DNA of 64,000 nt from Macrostomum hystrix (lineage: Eukaryota > Animalia > Platyhelminthes). The notes beneath the pieces were generated by a model. It was not told where the DNA came from, did no database searches, and saw only the letters and a list, made by a program, of their open reading frames with translations. A program made the position numbers and the translations under genes. This document shows positions 23,674-35,730 of this stretch, one piece after another. How positions within the stretch are numbered: the stretch's first letter is position 1; each line of letters opens with the position of its first letter. The DNA lies in assembly GCA_950097015.1 (NCBI GenBank), contig CATNEN010000030.1:1674001-1738000 (forward strand), written 5' to 3'.

Positions 23674-26484
23674 ATGCTAGTGCAGATTAGGGCTATTCTC
23701 ATCTGGTTCTCATTTCGTAGTTTAGCTGCTGGACAGGTCATCAACTCGACGCTGCTATGCAAGGCGAACCAGTGCTACAACATCAGCGTACTTGGCAGAG
23801 GCCCATACTTGGCCAGCTACTGCAGCAGTGCGGGAATGCAGTGGTTCGATCAGACATCCTTGGAACTGTTCGCATCAAACTTGCCGGCGATGACAAGGTT
23901 AGACACGCAACTAATGATGTTGAGCACAAAATCCGGCAGCATAGCAACAATCAGTAAAATGTCACATTTATTATTGCAGTGGAATCAATGAGACAACCTA
24001 CTGGACGGGTGTACGCATGGCTCCTCGCAGCAGTCCAGCCGACCGTGTGCTCACTTGGCGCAGCCAGACCAGCCAGCTGTACGTGAGCAGCGCTGCCGTG
24101 AGCAACTACAGCGAGCTGTTCACAAACACAGAGCAGTACCCCGCAGTCGGCATCATCTACAATACAACTGACAGCGGAATAAATTGGAGCTTTCAAAGAA
24201 TCAACAGCACCGGCTGGGCCATTTGCATGTGCACGTGTCCGGCAAACTCAACTTGCTGCTCAACGGCTTCAAACTACTCGTGTGCCAATTCCAGCGACGG
24301 AAATAACTACTGCTTTCGCCTCGGTGAATCCAGGCAGTATTTCTACGAATTGGAAGCTACTTGCAGTGCTGGTGAGACGCTGATTGATCTCAGCCTAAAT
24401 ACTGCTCGGGTAGCATTTGAAAGGTGAGCTCGAAGATTTCAAGATCAAAATCTTGTCCTTGAAAGCAGCAAAATAAATTAGTTGCTCATTTCTCTCACTC
24501 TAGTGTGTTCAACAATTTGAAAATGAGCTGTCAATACCCCTGCCTGGTAGCATTCGAAGAACTCGGCTACAGATTCAACGATAGCGGTGGCGCGAAACTC
24601 AATATGCAAGGATTCACACTGCTCAACGGCTTTCTCAGAGAGAGTTCAACTGAATCTAAATGGGGAATCGTAGTGCAAAAGGATTCTGGTACAAATGCTT
24701 TAAGAGGAATTCGAGAGCAGGATACAAACTCTGGGTTCGCCCGATTCGTGTGCGTACTGCCTATCGCTCCTACTACAGCCGCTCTTACTACAGCTGCTCC
24801 TACTACAGCTGCTCCTACTACAGCCGCTCCTACTACAGCCGCTCCTACTACAGTGGCTCCTACTACAGCCGCTCCTACTACAGCCGCTCCTACTACAGCT
24901 GCTCCTACTACAGCTGCTCCTACTACAGCCGCTCCTACTACAGCTGCTCCTACTACAGCCGCTCCTACTACAGCCGCTCCTACTACAGCTGCTCCTACTA
25001 CAGCCGCTCCTACTACAGTGGCTCCTACTACAGCCGCTCCTACTACAGCCGCTCCTACTACAGCTGCTCCTACTACAGCTGCTCCTACTACAGCCGCTCC
25101 TACTACAGCTGCTCCTACTACAGCCGCTCCTACTACAGCTGCTCCTACTACAGCCGCTCCTACTACAGCTGCTCCTACTACAGCCGCTCCTACTACAGCC
25201 GCTCCTACTACAGCTGCACCTACTACAGCCGCTCCTACTACAGTGGCTCCTACTACAGCCGCTCCTACTACAGCTGCACCTACTACAGCTGCACCTACTA
25301 CAGCCGCTCCTACTACAGCCGCTCCTACTACAGCCGCTCCTACTACAGCTGCTCCTACTACAGCTGCTCCTACTACAGCCGCTCCTACTACAGCTGCTCC
25401 TACTACAGCCGCTCCTACTACAGTGGCTCCTACTACAGCCGCTCCTACTACAGCTGCACCTACTACAGCTGCACCTACTACAGCCGCTCCTACTACAGCC
25501 GCTCCTACTACAGTGGCTCCTACTACAGTGGCTCCTACTACAGCCGCTCCTACTACAGCCGCTCCTACTACAGCCGCTCCTACTACAGTGGCTCCTACTA
25601 CAGCCGCTCCTACTACAGCCGCACCTACTACAGCTGCTCCTACTACAGCCGCTCCTACTACAGCCGCTCCTACTACAGCCGCTCCTACTGCAGCCGCTCC
25701 TACTACAGCTGCACCTACTACAGCTGCTCCTACTACAGCTGCTCCGACTACAGCCGCTCCTACTACAGCCGCTCCTACTACAGCCGCTCCTACTACAGCC
25801 GCACCTACTACAGCTGCTCCTACTACAGCCGCTCCTACTACAGCCGCTCCTACTACAGCCGCTCCTACTGCAGCCGCTCCTACTACAGCTGCACCTACTA
25901 CAGCCGGTCCTACTACAGTGGCTCCTACTACAGCCGCTCCTACTACAGCCGCTCCTACTACAGCCGCTCCTACTACAGCCGGTCCTACTACAGCCGCTCC
26001 TACTACAGCCGGTCCTACTACAGCCGCACCTACTACAGCTGCTCCTACTACAGCCGGTCCTACTACAGCCGCTCCTACTACAGCCGCTCCTACTACAGCC
26101 GCACCTACTACAGCCGCTCCTACTACAGCCGCTCCTACTACAGCCGCTCCTACTACAGCCGGTCCTACTACAGCCGCTCCTACTACAGCCGGTCCTACTA
26201 CAGCCGCACCTACTACAGCCGCTCCTACTACAGCCGCTCCTACTACAGCCGCTCCTACTACAGCCGGTCCTACTACAGCCGCACCTACTACAGCGACACC
26301 TCAGCCAGCCCAGCTAGGCATTGTAACTCCGCTGTCAGAGGAGCAAATTATAGCCATCAACATTCAGAACTATGAATTATCGAAGCAGAAGGCGATTTAT
26401 TATTTGGTCCCTTTGGCGTTTGTAACTATGGCTATGCTAGTTACTTACTATTTCGGCAGACTAGCCTATAGATTAGGTGTCTAA
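23674..26484 (+). CDS. Type I membrane protein: two CTLD-like domains, ~100 x PTTAA mucin stalk, TM (882 aa, paralog A2)
   Basis: Exons 23674-23897, 23980-24423, 24504-26484; total 2649 nt, in frame. Same intron positions and phases as A1, with clearly similar protein (QVINSTLLCKANQCYNISVLGR; YLVPLAFVTMAMLVTYYFGRLAYRLGV). Confidence 0.9.
24768..26295 (+). repeat. 15-bp coding VNTR (PTTAA, variants PTTVA, PTTAG, PTAAA), ~100 units
   Basis: Unit cctactacagccgct with no frame-breaking indel. Confidence 0.97.
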
Positions 26485-26978
26485 TTTAACGGTTTCGTAA
26501 AATTTTAATTTATCTTGTCAGCTTATAAAACTATGAAGCGTAGGCTCATTGCTGTGATTTCACGATTGTTTCAAGGTACAATCTTTTAAAAGCGCAATTT
26601 TAAAGCAATAAAGCCTGCCTTCACTATTCAAAAAAGGTTATATTTAGTATAAATATTTATTTAAAAGCTTTCATATGTAATTTATATTTATTCTTATTTA
26701 TACATACAGTATATATCCTGCACATATATTTTTCTTTCTACATTAATAGCAAAAACATCGCATTATTTTATCCTGTAGTCTATGGCCAAGACCATCTTTC
26801 GTGACAATGGATGAAATATATATATTATAATAATTCTTTTTAAACAGTTTTTACCATAGAACATCAAGCGAATCGTCGCTAGCCAATCAGCGAGAGCGGG
26901 GGTCTCGAGAAGGGAATTGTACCCCCAAGTTTTAGGCAGATGAGCAATCCATGTTATTATTCACCCATGGCGTATAGC

Positions 26979-28024
26979 CCAAGGACCACTAGAAAAAAAG
27001 GATGGGACACTTCGTTTTTGGAAAATTTATTAAAGGCAGATTTTCACGAAAAATTCACTAGCCAGATAGGAACTTTTCACGTTTTTCACATTAAAATGTT
27101 GATCAAATTGTGACGAAGCTGGTCCGGGCCTCGCACACAAAATGATCCGCAACTGGTTCTTCGCAGTCAGAGACGGACTTCCAAAAGACGAGCAATGAGG
27201 CTAGCAATATTGAACTTGTCAGAATCAGCCGTCGTTTATTTCCTTTATTTTGACCGAATGGTCCACAATCAATCAGCAAAGTATTCTAGAAGTCAGTCAG
27301 TTTATGGCTACGTTATACAACAATTGTTTAGGCGGTCCCAGCAAGGTACGGTAAAAACAGAGGCTTTGGCGCAATGACTTTAAATAAGCCAGACAGAGAA
27401 GGGAAGGCCGCCAGTGTCACATGACACCGAGGCAAGCGAAGTGGGGGGCAAGGCCTTAGCCGACTTAAGGGGCGCGAGCGCGCGCGATTGGCTGAGGGGG
27501 CGAAGCGTACAGCGCATGGGGAAGGGCTGGAACGCAGGGGCGGCCAACCCCCACGTCCTGAGCGGGGAAAGCAACGACCTTGTGAAATGGGGCGAGCACA
27601 GAGCGGCCTTGAGAGGCGATAGCAAAAAATGGAAAAGGGCAGATGGGCTTAGATGAAACTGGTAAACAAGCTCACAGAGACAGCGCCAGAAGGTGAGAGT
27701 CCATCAAAGGCCAAGGGGAGCGGACAAGTGACAACGTCACAACATGCTATAATTAGTTGCTTCATGATAACTAAACGAAAATAAAATGAAAATCGACTAT
27801 TTATGAATAAAGCTTTCTAAAAATTCGGTGCAGCAATGTGTTTTGCAAGATATATTAAGAGATCAGCTTCGGATCTGCTTAAAATCTGCAAAAAAAGTTA
27901 TTGACTTTTTAATGTGAAAAACGTGTAAAGTTCCTATCTCGCTATAGTGCATTTGCGTGAAAATCTGTTTTTAACTAATTTTCTTAGAAACCAAGTGTCC
28001 CGTTCTTCCTCTAGTTGTCCTTGG
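26979..28024. mobile_element. Non-autonomous DNA transposon (MITE-like, ~1.05 kb) with ~115-bp imperfect TIRs
   Basis: 26979-27096 (ccaaggaccactag...gataggaacttttcacgtttttcacattaaaa) is the imperfect reverse complement of 27907-28024. Flanks tatagc / tattgc are a possible 6-bp TSD with one mismatch. No transposase. Confidence 0.75.
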
Positions 28025-28558
28025 TATTGCCTCGTAGCCTTCTCTCACTAATTATATTTTGAGATAGAAAGAATTCTTTCAATCATTTTTGTCTATTTTT
28101 ACGTGTGTATATTTGGAACTCTTATTCAGATGCTAATACATGTACAGATGTATTACCGCTGGCTATATGGCCTAAAAATGCTGCATTTAGTGAGAGTTTT
28201 AAAACTTTGCCTTTCTTGACTTGGTAAGACACAAGCGCTTGCATGGCGTCCCTGGCAACGGTTGTAGGGCTAATAGAAAAATGTGAAACAGAATGGCGTT
28301 GCGAGACTATAGGAAACCGAGGATGTTGTTTGTAGATCTGTGGATGGAAATGGCTCATCCTAGTAGTTGGACAATAATGAGTAATGAGTAATGACTAATC
28401 CTTGGAAAATCTGAGTATTTTTAAAGACCGTAGTTGTCAAAAGCTGCCAACAGAATTGGCAAGTAGTATCTCAGATACGCTAAAGTAATCCTCAAGTGTC
28501 TAGCAAACTAACCGACTGTAACAGCTACCGACAGTCGGCAGCGTTAGTGCAGACTTCA

Positions 28559-31500
28559 TCAGTTCGAGTCGGCGCGGCCTGGCTCCTCCGTCCTAAGGTC
28601 GAGCGCAGCCCGGAGCTCTTCCAGACGTCTAAGCAGAGCGACGCCCTCCGGACTGAACGCATCCTCGTCGAGGTGGAGCCCGGAGTAGGCCAGGCGGCCG
28701 CGCAGTTTCCTCAGCGTCACTGATTGGTAATACAAATAGAACAGGTGCACGAAGTTGCGCGTGTTCTGAGCCAGCACGTCTAGCAGGGAGCGGCTCGGGG
28801 GCGCGCGCCCGATGAGACGCCGGCGAAGAGTGCCGAGCAGCCATGCCAGGAGGTTGCGGCCCTCCAGCAGAAGGTTGAGCGGCGCGGGCAGAGGCGAGCG
28901 CTTCGAGAACTCCCGGCTGAGGTCGTAACGCTCGAACAGCCACAAGGACTTGGACTCGGAGTCCACCATGTCTATTGTCTTGCTGAACATGGCCACGATG
29001 ACGTTAAGCAGTAGCACCTGCACTATGACTATGTAGATCACCATGAGCACATAGGGAACCAGCACATTGCCTGGAAAGCCTACGCACTTGTCAGCGACGA
29101 CAGCCTCTGTAGCCAGCTGCGTGGACACATTTCCGCCCGATGGCGCGTCGCATTCCTTTTTGAGATCGTCCAGGCCGTACTCACCTATTGGAGTAAGGTG
29201 CTAAGTAGCCAACTATGTGTCTTTGCCCATCTACCTCAGCTCCCAAAGTCAGTGTCCCTACTCCAGCTCCCTAAGTCAGTGTCCCTACTCCAGCTCCCTA
29301 AGTCAGTGTCCCTACTCCAGCTCCCTAAGTCAGTATCCCTACTCCAGCTCCCTAAATCAGTGTCCCTACTCCAGCTCACTAAGTCTGTGTCCCTTGTTAA
29401 GTTCAGTTGTTCGTTAATCTAGATGCTAATCTGTAAATCAGTTTTTTTCTGGTGAGTCAACTAGATCTGAGCCAGATCTGAATTCAGTGAGCAGAATCAA
29501 GGACTGCTCACCAACAATGGTATAGAATGTCCTGTGAAACATCTCCACCATGATCTCGCTAGTTGGAATCTCATTGATACGGCCCTGGCTGTAGAACTTG
29601 GCGTTTGGCCATAGAAGAGCGTGGAAGGTTGTGCCGAAGCCCACCATGATGACAACGAGGAATGTACAGGAATGGTATGAAGTCCTTCCTGATCATCAGT
29701 GACAGCATCTTCAGCTTGACGCCAACTGATTCCAGCACCACGGAGATGTATAGAATGCGGATCCAGAAGATCAGAGTGGTGATGACGATCAGCACGTAGC
29801 TGACGTCTCCCCAGCTTTTGCCGTGCTCACTCAGCAGGCCGCCCAGCATCAGTAAGTGTTGCGCCTCCATCTGCCTGGCGGCGAATGCCAAGAAGCCGCA
29901 GGCGATCGCCACGAGATCGATGGCGTTCCAGCCGTCGCTGAGATAAACAGCCAGTGTCTCATGTCGACGGGCGGACACAATTTCGCGAAGCTCTTCGACC
30001 AGGACGCCGAGCAGCGTCAGGTAGCAAAACACCTCCGTCGGGCTGGCGTCGCCCTGTAGATTCGAGAACAGAATTGAGGATAGAAAGCATTTTTAGTAGA
30101 AGAAATTGTTATTAGTTGTTTTTATTGTTATTATTAGAGCTTATTAGTTGTAAGGCCACAAAAATCGGCAACACATCACACACTCGTAATTTGGAATTGA
30201 GCATTTCAGCCTCCTTGCTCCTAAATTTGTTGGGAGCTGAGTCCTTGTCTCTATAAAAAAAATCCACCAGCCACTAACCTGGAAGTCGTGCAGAATCATG
30301 TACGACAACAGGCCGATGAACAGAAAACTGGCGACCGCATGTAGGCGAAACTTGACGCACGGCGTGTTGTAGAAGAGCAGCAGCTCGCTGCCGAACTCGT
30401 TCACTCGCTGAAACAGACGGCGCCGGCGCGCCTCTAGGCCGTAGTCGTGTCGTTGACGTCCACGTCCTGCCACCTGGCTGTCCGAAGACAGCAGACGAAG
30501 CGCCTCCGGACAGCTACCCGGATGCTCCGTGGGCCCAGAGTCATTGAGCACAGACTCAAGGAAGACTCGCGCTCCCGGTCCTCGAAAGCGACGCAGCAGA
30601 ACCGGAAGGCAGAGCATCAGTGGTGGCAGGAAGCCCGCTAGGATCACCAGCTCGCGCAGGACAGCGCTCTGGAAGTTGAAGAAGTCGCCGTACCAGTTCT
30701 TCTCCGTTGCTAGCTCAACAATGTCCAGCTTGATGAAAGTTCCCGCGCCGCCGCGCGCTGATAAGTCCAGGATGGTGTAATTTGCATAGTGCGGCAGCGG
30801 CATGCTTACGTAGCTGATTGTGAGGCAATTTCCCGGCGAGTTATCCACCTCTTTCACCTGCTTAATCACCTTGACGGCCATCGCCTCACAGTCTTCGGCG
30901 ATGCGGCCTGCCTTGTCAGCAAAGACATCTTCAATGTCGCGACGTCTCGCCAAGGAGCGTAGTAGAGTGGCAGACAAGATAGCCAGCGGCACCAGGTCGA
31001 ACTCTTCCTGCTGCAGCAGGATGGGAGCCAGGCGGGGCCGGCCGCTCAGAATCGACCACAGCACCAGCGACTGGGCCGGATCTCTCAGTGGTCTCTTGAG
31101 GCACCAGTTGTCACCGCCGCGACGTTCGCCAAAATCAAAAAGCAGCGGTCCTGCTCGCAAACTTCCAGTAGGTTGTCAGCTCAGCCAGCAGCTTGTTCAG
31201 CCTCGCGAACGATATCGACCCGCCGCCATCGCTGCAGCACTGCTTTACGAGCAGCTCGCGGACGCCAGCCTTCTGTTTGCGCAGCGTCTTAGCGTAGAGT
31301 TTATCGATTGCCACCTCCAACTGGCGAGACAGAGCCGTCCACAGGTGCCGGTGCTTAACTAAGCGTCGCAGAAGCGGCAAGTCTTCGGTGAAGAGCACGA
31401 GCTGGCACAGGTGCCAAGCGATGCGACCGAGCAGGCCGCTGGACTCGAGATTGCAGGCTAGTCCGGCTTCGAAGGCATCGATCAGGCCGTCAATAAGCTG

Positions 31501-32387
31501 GTCGGCGTCAACCTTCCGTCGTGAGGCGGCCAGTTCCAGACGAGAGAGCTTCAGTTGCCGCTGTTTCTTCGCCTCCTCCTTTTCTTGAGCCAGCGACTCG
31601 GCTTCATCAATTGCCTCAGATGTTACGGCAGAGCCTCCGATGCCGCCGTCGATAAGCAGTAGCTGACGAACAAACTCGCGTCCTTCAATGGATGTCACCA
31701 TCCCGAGTGTGTCCTGACCGCTGTTGAAGTGGCGAAGCCGTCTCATGAGGTGCCGACCGAGGCAGTCGATGCCGGATGTGTCGGGGCCTTGGAGCAGCAG
31801 GTCGACCGGAGTTTGGCCATGGAAGTCGGCCAGTGAGAAGTCCGCACCGTGGCACAGCAGCTGGCCGAAAAGATCGTGGTTCTCGCAGGAGACAGCGATG
31901 TGCAAGCAGGTGCTGCCGTTGCTGTTGCGGCTGTTAACCAAGGACGTTTTGGCCCGCATTAGCAGGTCGGCAACGCGGCCGCACTCCGTGTAGCAGGCGA
32001 TGTGCAGCGCGTTGTCACCGCTGGCATCGCAGAGCGCAGGATCGGCGCCACATCGAAGCAGCTCTCGCGTCACACCTGCGCCCCGCTCCGACGCCGCCGC
32101 TGCCAGGTGAAGCGGCCGATCTCCGAAGGCATTCTGTTGGTCCGGATCAGGCGCCGAAGTCCAGCAGAAGCTCGGCGCACTCGGTCAAACCGGCTGCGGC
32201 ACACTGCATGCAGAGCCGAATCGCCGTATGCGTTCGGTGCGTCAACAGCACCTGGGCGGACAGCGCCAGCAAGCAGGAGCAGCGCTTGACGCAGTCGATC
32301 CGGTGAATTTTCGCTCACGGCGGCGTGTAACTGGGCCACTGGTGTGGCATTGGTTTCAGTGCTGTCTGCAATGGAGGACTCCGGCAT
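28559..32387 (-). CDS. TRPM-type cation channel with ~5 N-terminal ankyrin repeats (1090 aa after removing four single-base insertions)
   Basis: Exons 32387-30279, 30053-29512, 29184-28559; total 3277 nt, minus 4 = 3273 in frame. ANK motifs DSALH, DRPLHLAA, DNALHIAC, STCLHIAV. MHR4-like LVLWSILSGR..LAILSATLLRSLA..NWYG. Pre-S1 FYNTPCVKF; S2-S3 GWNAIDL; S6/TRP helix LLNVIVAMF..LWLFERYDL..PLPAPLNLL. Could be a pseudogene if the indels are real. Confidence 0.85.
29235..29392. repeat. 27-bp intronic minisatellite (TRP intron 2)
   Basis: Unit cctactccagctccctaagtcagtgtc. Confidence 0.9.
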
Positions 32388-35300
32388 TGCTGAGCTGACA
32401 AGAGATCACGAGATTTTCTGGCTCTCCGGGCCAAACTGGATTTCTTTACTATATTTAACTGGCCGCTTCTGTGAGTACCGCTTCTGACTGGCCGGAGCTG
32501 CTGTTGACTCTGCCACCCGTGGTGCGCTAAGCCAGCTTTAGCTGGTTAGGCTTCAGAATTTAGAGAAATAGCATGAGAACTGACTGAACAGGTGGCGCTG
32601 TGAACCCACGGAACCTGTTTCGCCTATCACACATGCGCACTCAGTTTATCAAGCTGTTTAGGGGCTTACTCAGCCCAGAACTTAGGTGAAAATTATGGAA
32701 AATTGTGTGCGAGTCTGACGCAGTGGTGAATCAGCCACTTCCGTAATAGCCACAATAGTCTAAAAGACAATCAGTTAAGCTACGGTAGAAAGCTTGTCAG
32801 GAATATATGATATGAAACTAACCTACTTTAAAGCCTCAATTCCTATGAGTAGTATCACCAGCGCTTTTCGTTATTCTATAACTTGATGGTTGACAATACA
32901 GGTACCAAAGCTGGAAGGTGTCTTTCTATTAAAATATGTCATTATCTTACTGTAAGTAGAGCACTGAGCATATCTACGGCTTGCAATATCTTGGCCTTCA
33001 TAACTTTGACGCAGCATCCAGAAATAAGGACAAAGCAAGCCCGGAAGCTGCTGACTAAGCGCGTGAATTTTTTCGCTTGACTTGGCACGCTTTCATTTTC
33101 TTTCTTCCTGTATCCCTATTCCGCTGGGCCGCGATGATGACACCAAGCGTAAATCACTGGCCTGACTGGGCAGTCGTCAGTAAGTTTATATATATAGCGA
33201 GGCCTACAGTCATCGCCCGTACGGCAATGGCAAGTCAGAAGTGAGTCATTGCGCAGTACCGCTTGAGTCAGGCTTCTAAATTTAGACATGATCGATCTGG
33301 TCCGCATCCCAACATCTTATCTGACATTATTATAATCAAGGTGTACAGCTAAAGAGCAATTGCCAAAGAGTCAATATCTACATCGAAATAAAAACGTAAG
33401 TCTTATAGGCAAATTGTCTTGCACTCCTCTCACACCTGAGAGTTTTTTATAGAATTCAGCGGAAAAAGGAAATTGGTCTGTGTATTGTGTTCAGTTCGAT
33501 TTGGCTTGCATTTCTGCCCTCAGTACCGCTTTTCTCAGCTATTTTCAATTCCTAATAGATACGCCCGTAGCACGCCGCAGGTGAGGGCATAGGCACTGCG
33601 TGGGCGGACTGACTCGCAAATCTACTTAGCACTAGATTACAATTGCATTTTTGTTGCTAGGCCGGCTGACTTTACAATTTCAACCTTTTATAAGTACCTG
33701 TGTTTCTGCATTTCTCTGAATTTCTGCATTTGTTTAAGAATATTCCGATATTCACCCTAAACGCTGTGTTCGTATTGAGAATTCTACTAAAATTCCAGAT
33801 TCTAAGATTTGTGTATATTTTTACTGTTTACATTGCTTGTCAAATATAGTGCGCAGTTATCTCTGCCAAGTCTGGCCCACAGCAGTTCTGTAAATAATTA
33901 ATTACTCAAATTTATAAAACGGACAATCTTGTTGCACCGACACACACACACTGCGCAATTTAACCCACAGGAAATTCTCCTGTCTTTAGTATTTATTTCG
34001 CATTTCGACAGTGTGATATGAAGAGGTGAGAATAATAAGACTGGCGCAGGGTGACTCAGACTATCGGATAGAAAGACCACCCATTCTAGGCTGCAGTTTA
34101 GCATTTACTATACAATAAATCTTCTCTAAGCAATTCTCGGTGCAAAAGCAGTTCGGGTTAGGTGTGGGGGAAGGCTGAATAAGAGTTAGAACAGCCTAAA
34201 ATGCATGACCAATGGGCACGACGGCGCGTCAGTGGAATGTTCGCGAAAGGTTCCAAAATAGGCATTGGGTGATTCACGGGCGTCACCCGCGACAGCCACC
34301 CCGCCTCCGCAGCCGCCTTCACAGACCGGGGGTTGCACGGGGTTTGACCTCAAGGCTATCGTGTTGCTATTTTTAGCAACAGATTCACCCCTTTCTAATT
34401 CGGGGCTTCCTCCGTTTTCCGCCACGGCCTGACTTAAAGGGACAATTCCCGGGCAAACTAAATCGCTTCCCCTCACCAGATCAGATCCAGTGCAGAGCCA
34501 TATCGATCATGCACCCACTACCTCCCCAGATGAGCAAACCGAGTGACTCACTGGAGTTGGCCACGTTACAAACAAAATGGCCCTGAAGAAATGCGGAAAA
34601 GTCTGGAAATTGGTGGCTCAGTGCAAATCAGTAAAAAGCAAAACGAAATCCATTTACTTCTCTATTTATTGAAGCTTTATTAAAAAACTCATATCAAAAT
34701 ATCGCCAGTAAGGTGCATGGTGCCTAGATAAACAGCGAACTGTACAGAAAGGCTTCTAAAAAAACACTGGTTAAAAGCAGGAGCAACATTAGTTTCGGAT
34801 GGATAAAGTATAAAATGAAAAGCAACAAAAATTATGATTTGCAAGGACAGGCGCTTGAGTAATACTCGTAAAAACAGAGTTGATTCGGATTATGAAAAAT
34901 CATAAAAAACAGTTGAAAACACATAAGTGGCAAATTATGCTAATATGTGCAGTTTCTGCATCACTCTCATGTTTTTAGCGAAATAGATAAAATACAGATC
35001 AGAGTAAGGGCTTGGACAATTCGCAGAAAATCTATTTATTTGCCAGAATTTCTTATTGCATTTTTGTCAGTAAGTAAAAAACACATCTGACCAGCCAAGT
35101 TGTCCTATTTTTATAGCAATTTCTAAGAACAACGTGAACTGTTCTTCATTTTTAATAAAAAACATGATCAGATAAAATCGAAAAATAGCATATCAGCTCT
35201 TTCAATCTGCTCTGGTTAAGATTAAAAGAAAAGTAAAAAAATTAGATGAAAATGCTGTAAAAGCTACACTCTGTGAATCCTAGCCATTTTTTTAGTAAAA

Positions 35301-35730
35301 GAACTTTAACACAGAATCTGATGCAGAAAAAGCAGTAAACAGGAGCTGGAATCTAAAATAGGGCCTACTCAGTCTAACATACACATTAGCTGTACACAAT
35401 CAGATTTTAGAATACTAATGTAAGTGTAGGGACTATGCTACTGTAAAACAAAATATGCACATCAATTATAGAAATTAAAATACACAAGAGTGACACGGGG
35501 TTGTGATTGTGACACACAGCTACGGCATGTGCCAGACAATAATACAATTAATTATATAGTAATAGAAAGAGTTATACATTTATTAAAGCATATTTAATCA
35601 GCTCATGTTATATAGTACAGCACACAGGGTAGCGCCAGTAGGATTATGTACATTTGTGAAGCAGTAAAAGTACAAGACTCGGTCGCATCAATGTTAAAGA
35701 ATAGTTAAGTAACTGGCATAATACATAGAT

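Noticed and set aside
24660-26375. 571-aa SYYSR-repeat ORF
   Set aside because: An alternative frame of the PTTAA repeat; the true frame joins the CTLD and TM regions.
1676-32289. Antisense or overlapping ORFs over real exons (1676-2224, 30820-31362, 31724-31993, 32002-32289 and others)
   Set aside because: Shadow ORFs of GC-rich coding sequence with no domain signal.
33130-33175. ATGATGA...CTGA box C/D snoRNA candidate
   Set aside because: Boxes are only ~25 nt apart, with no terminal stem or recognisable guide.
34186-34476. GC-rich stretch and 96-aa ORF between TRP and MEX-3
   Set aside because: No domain, terminal repeat or second copy in the window; cannot be assigned.
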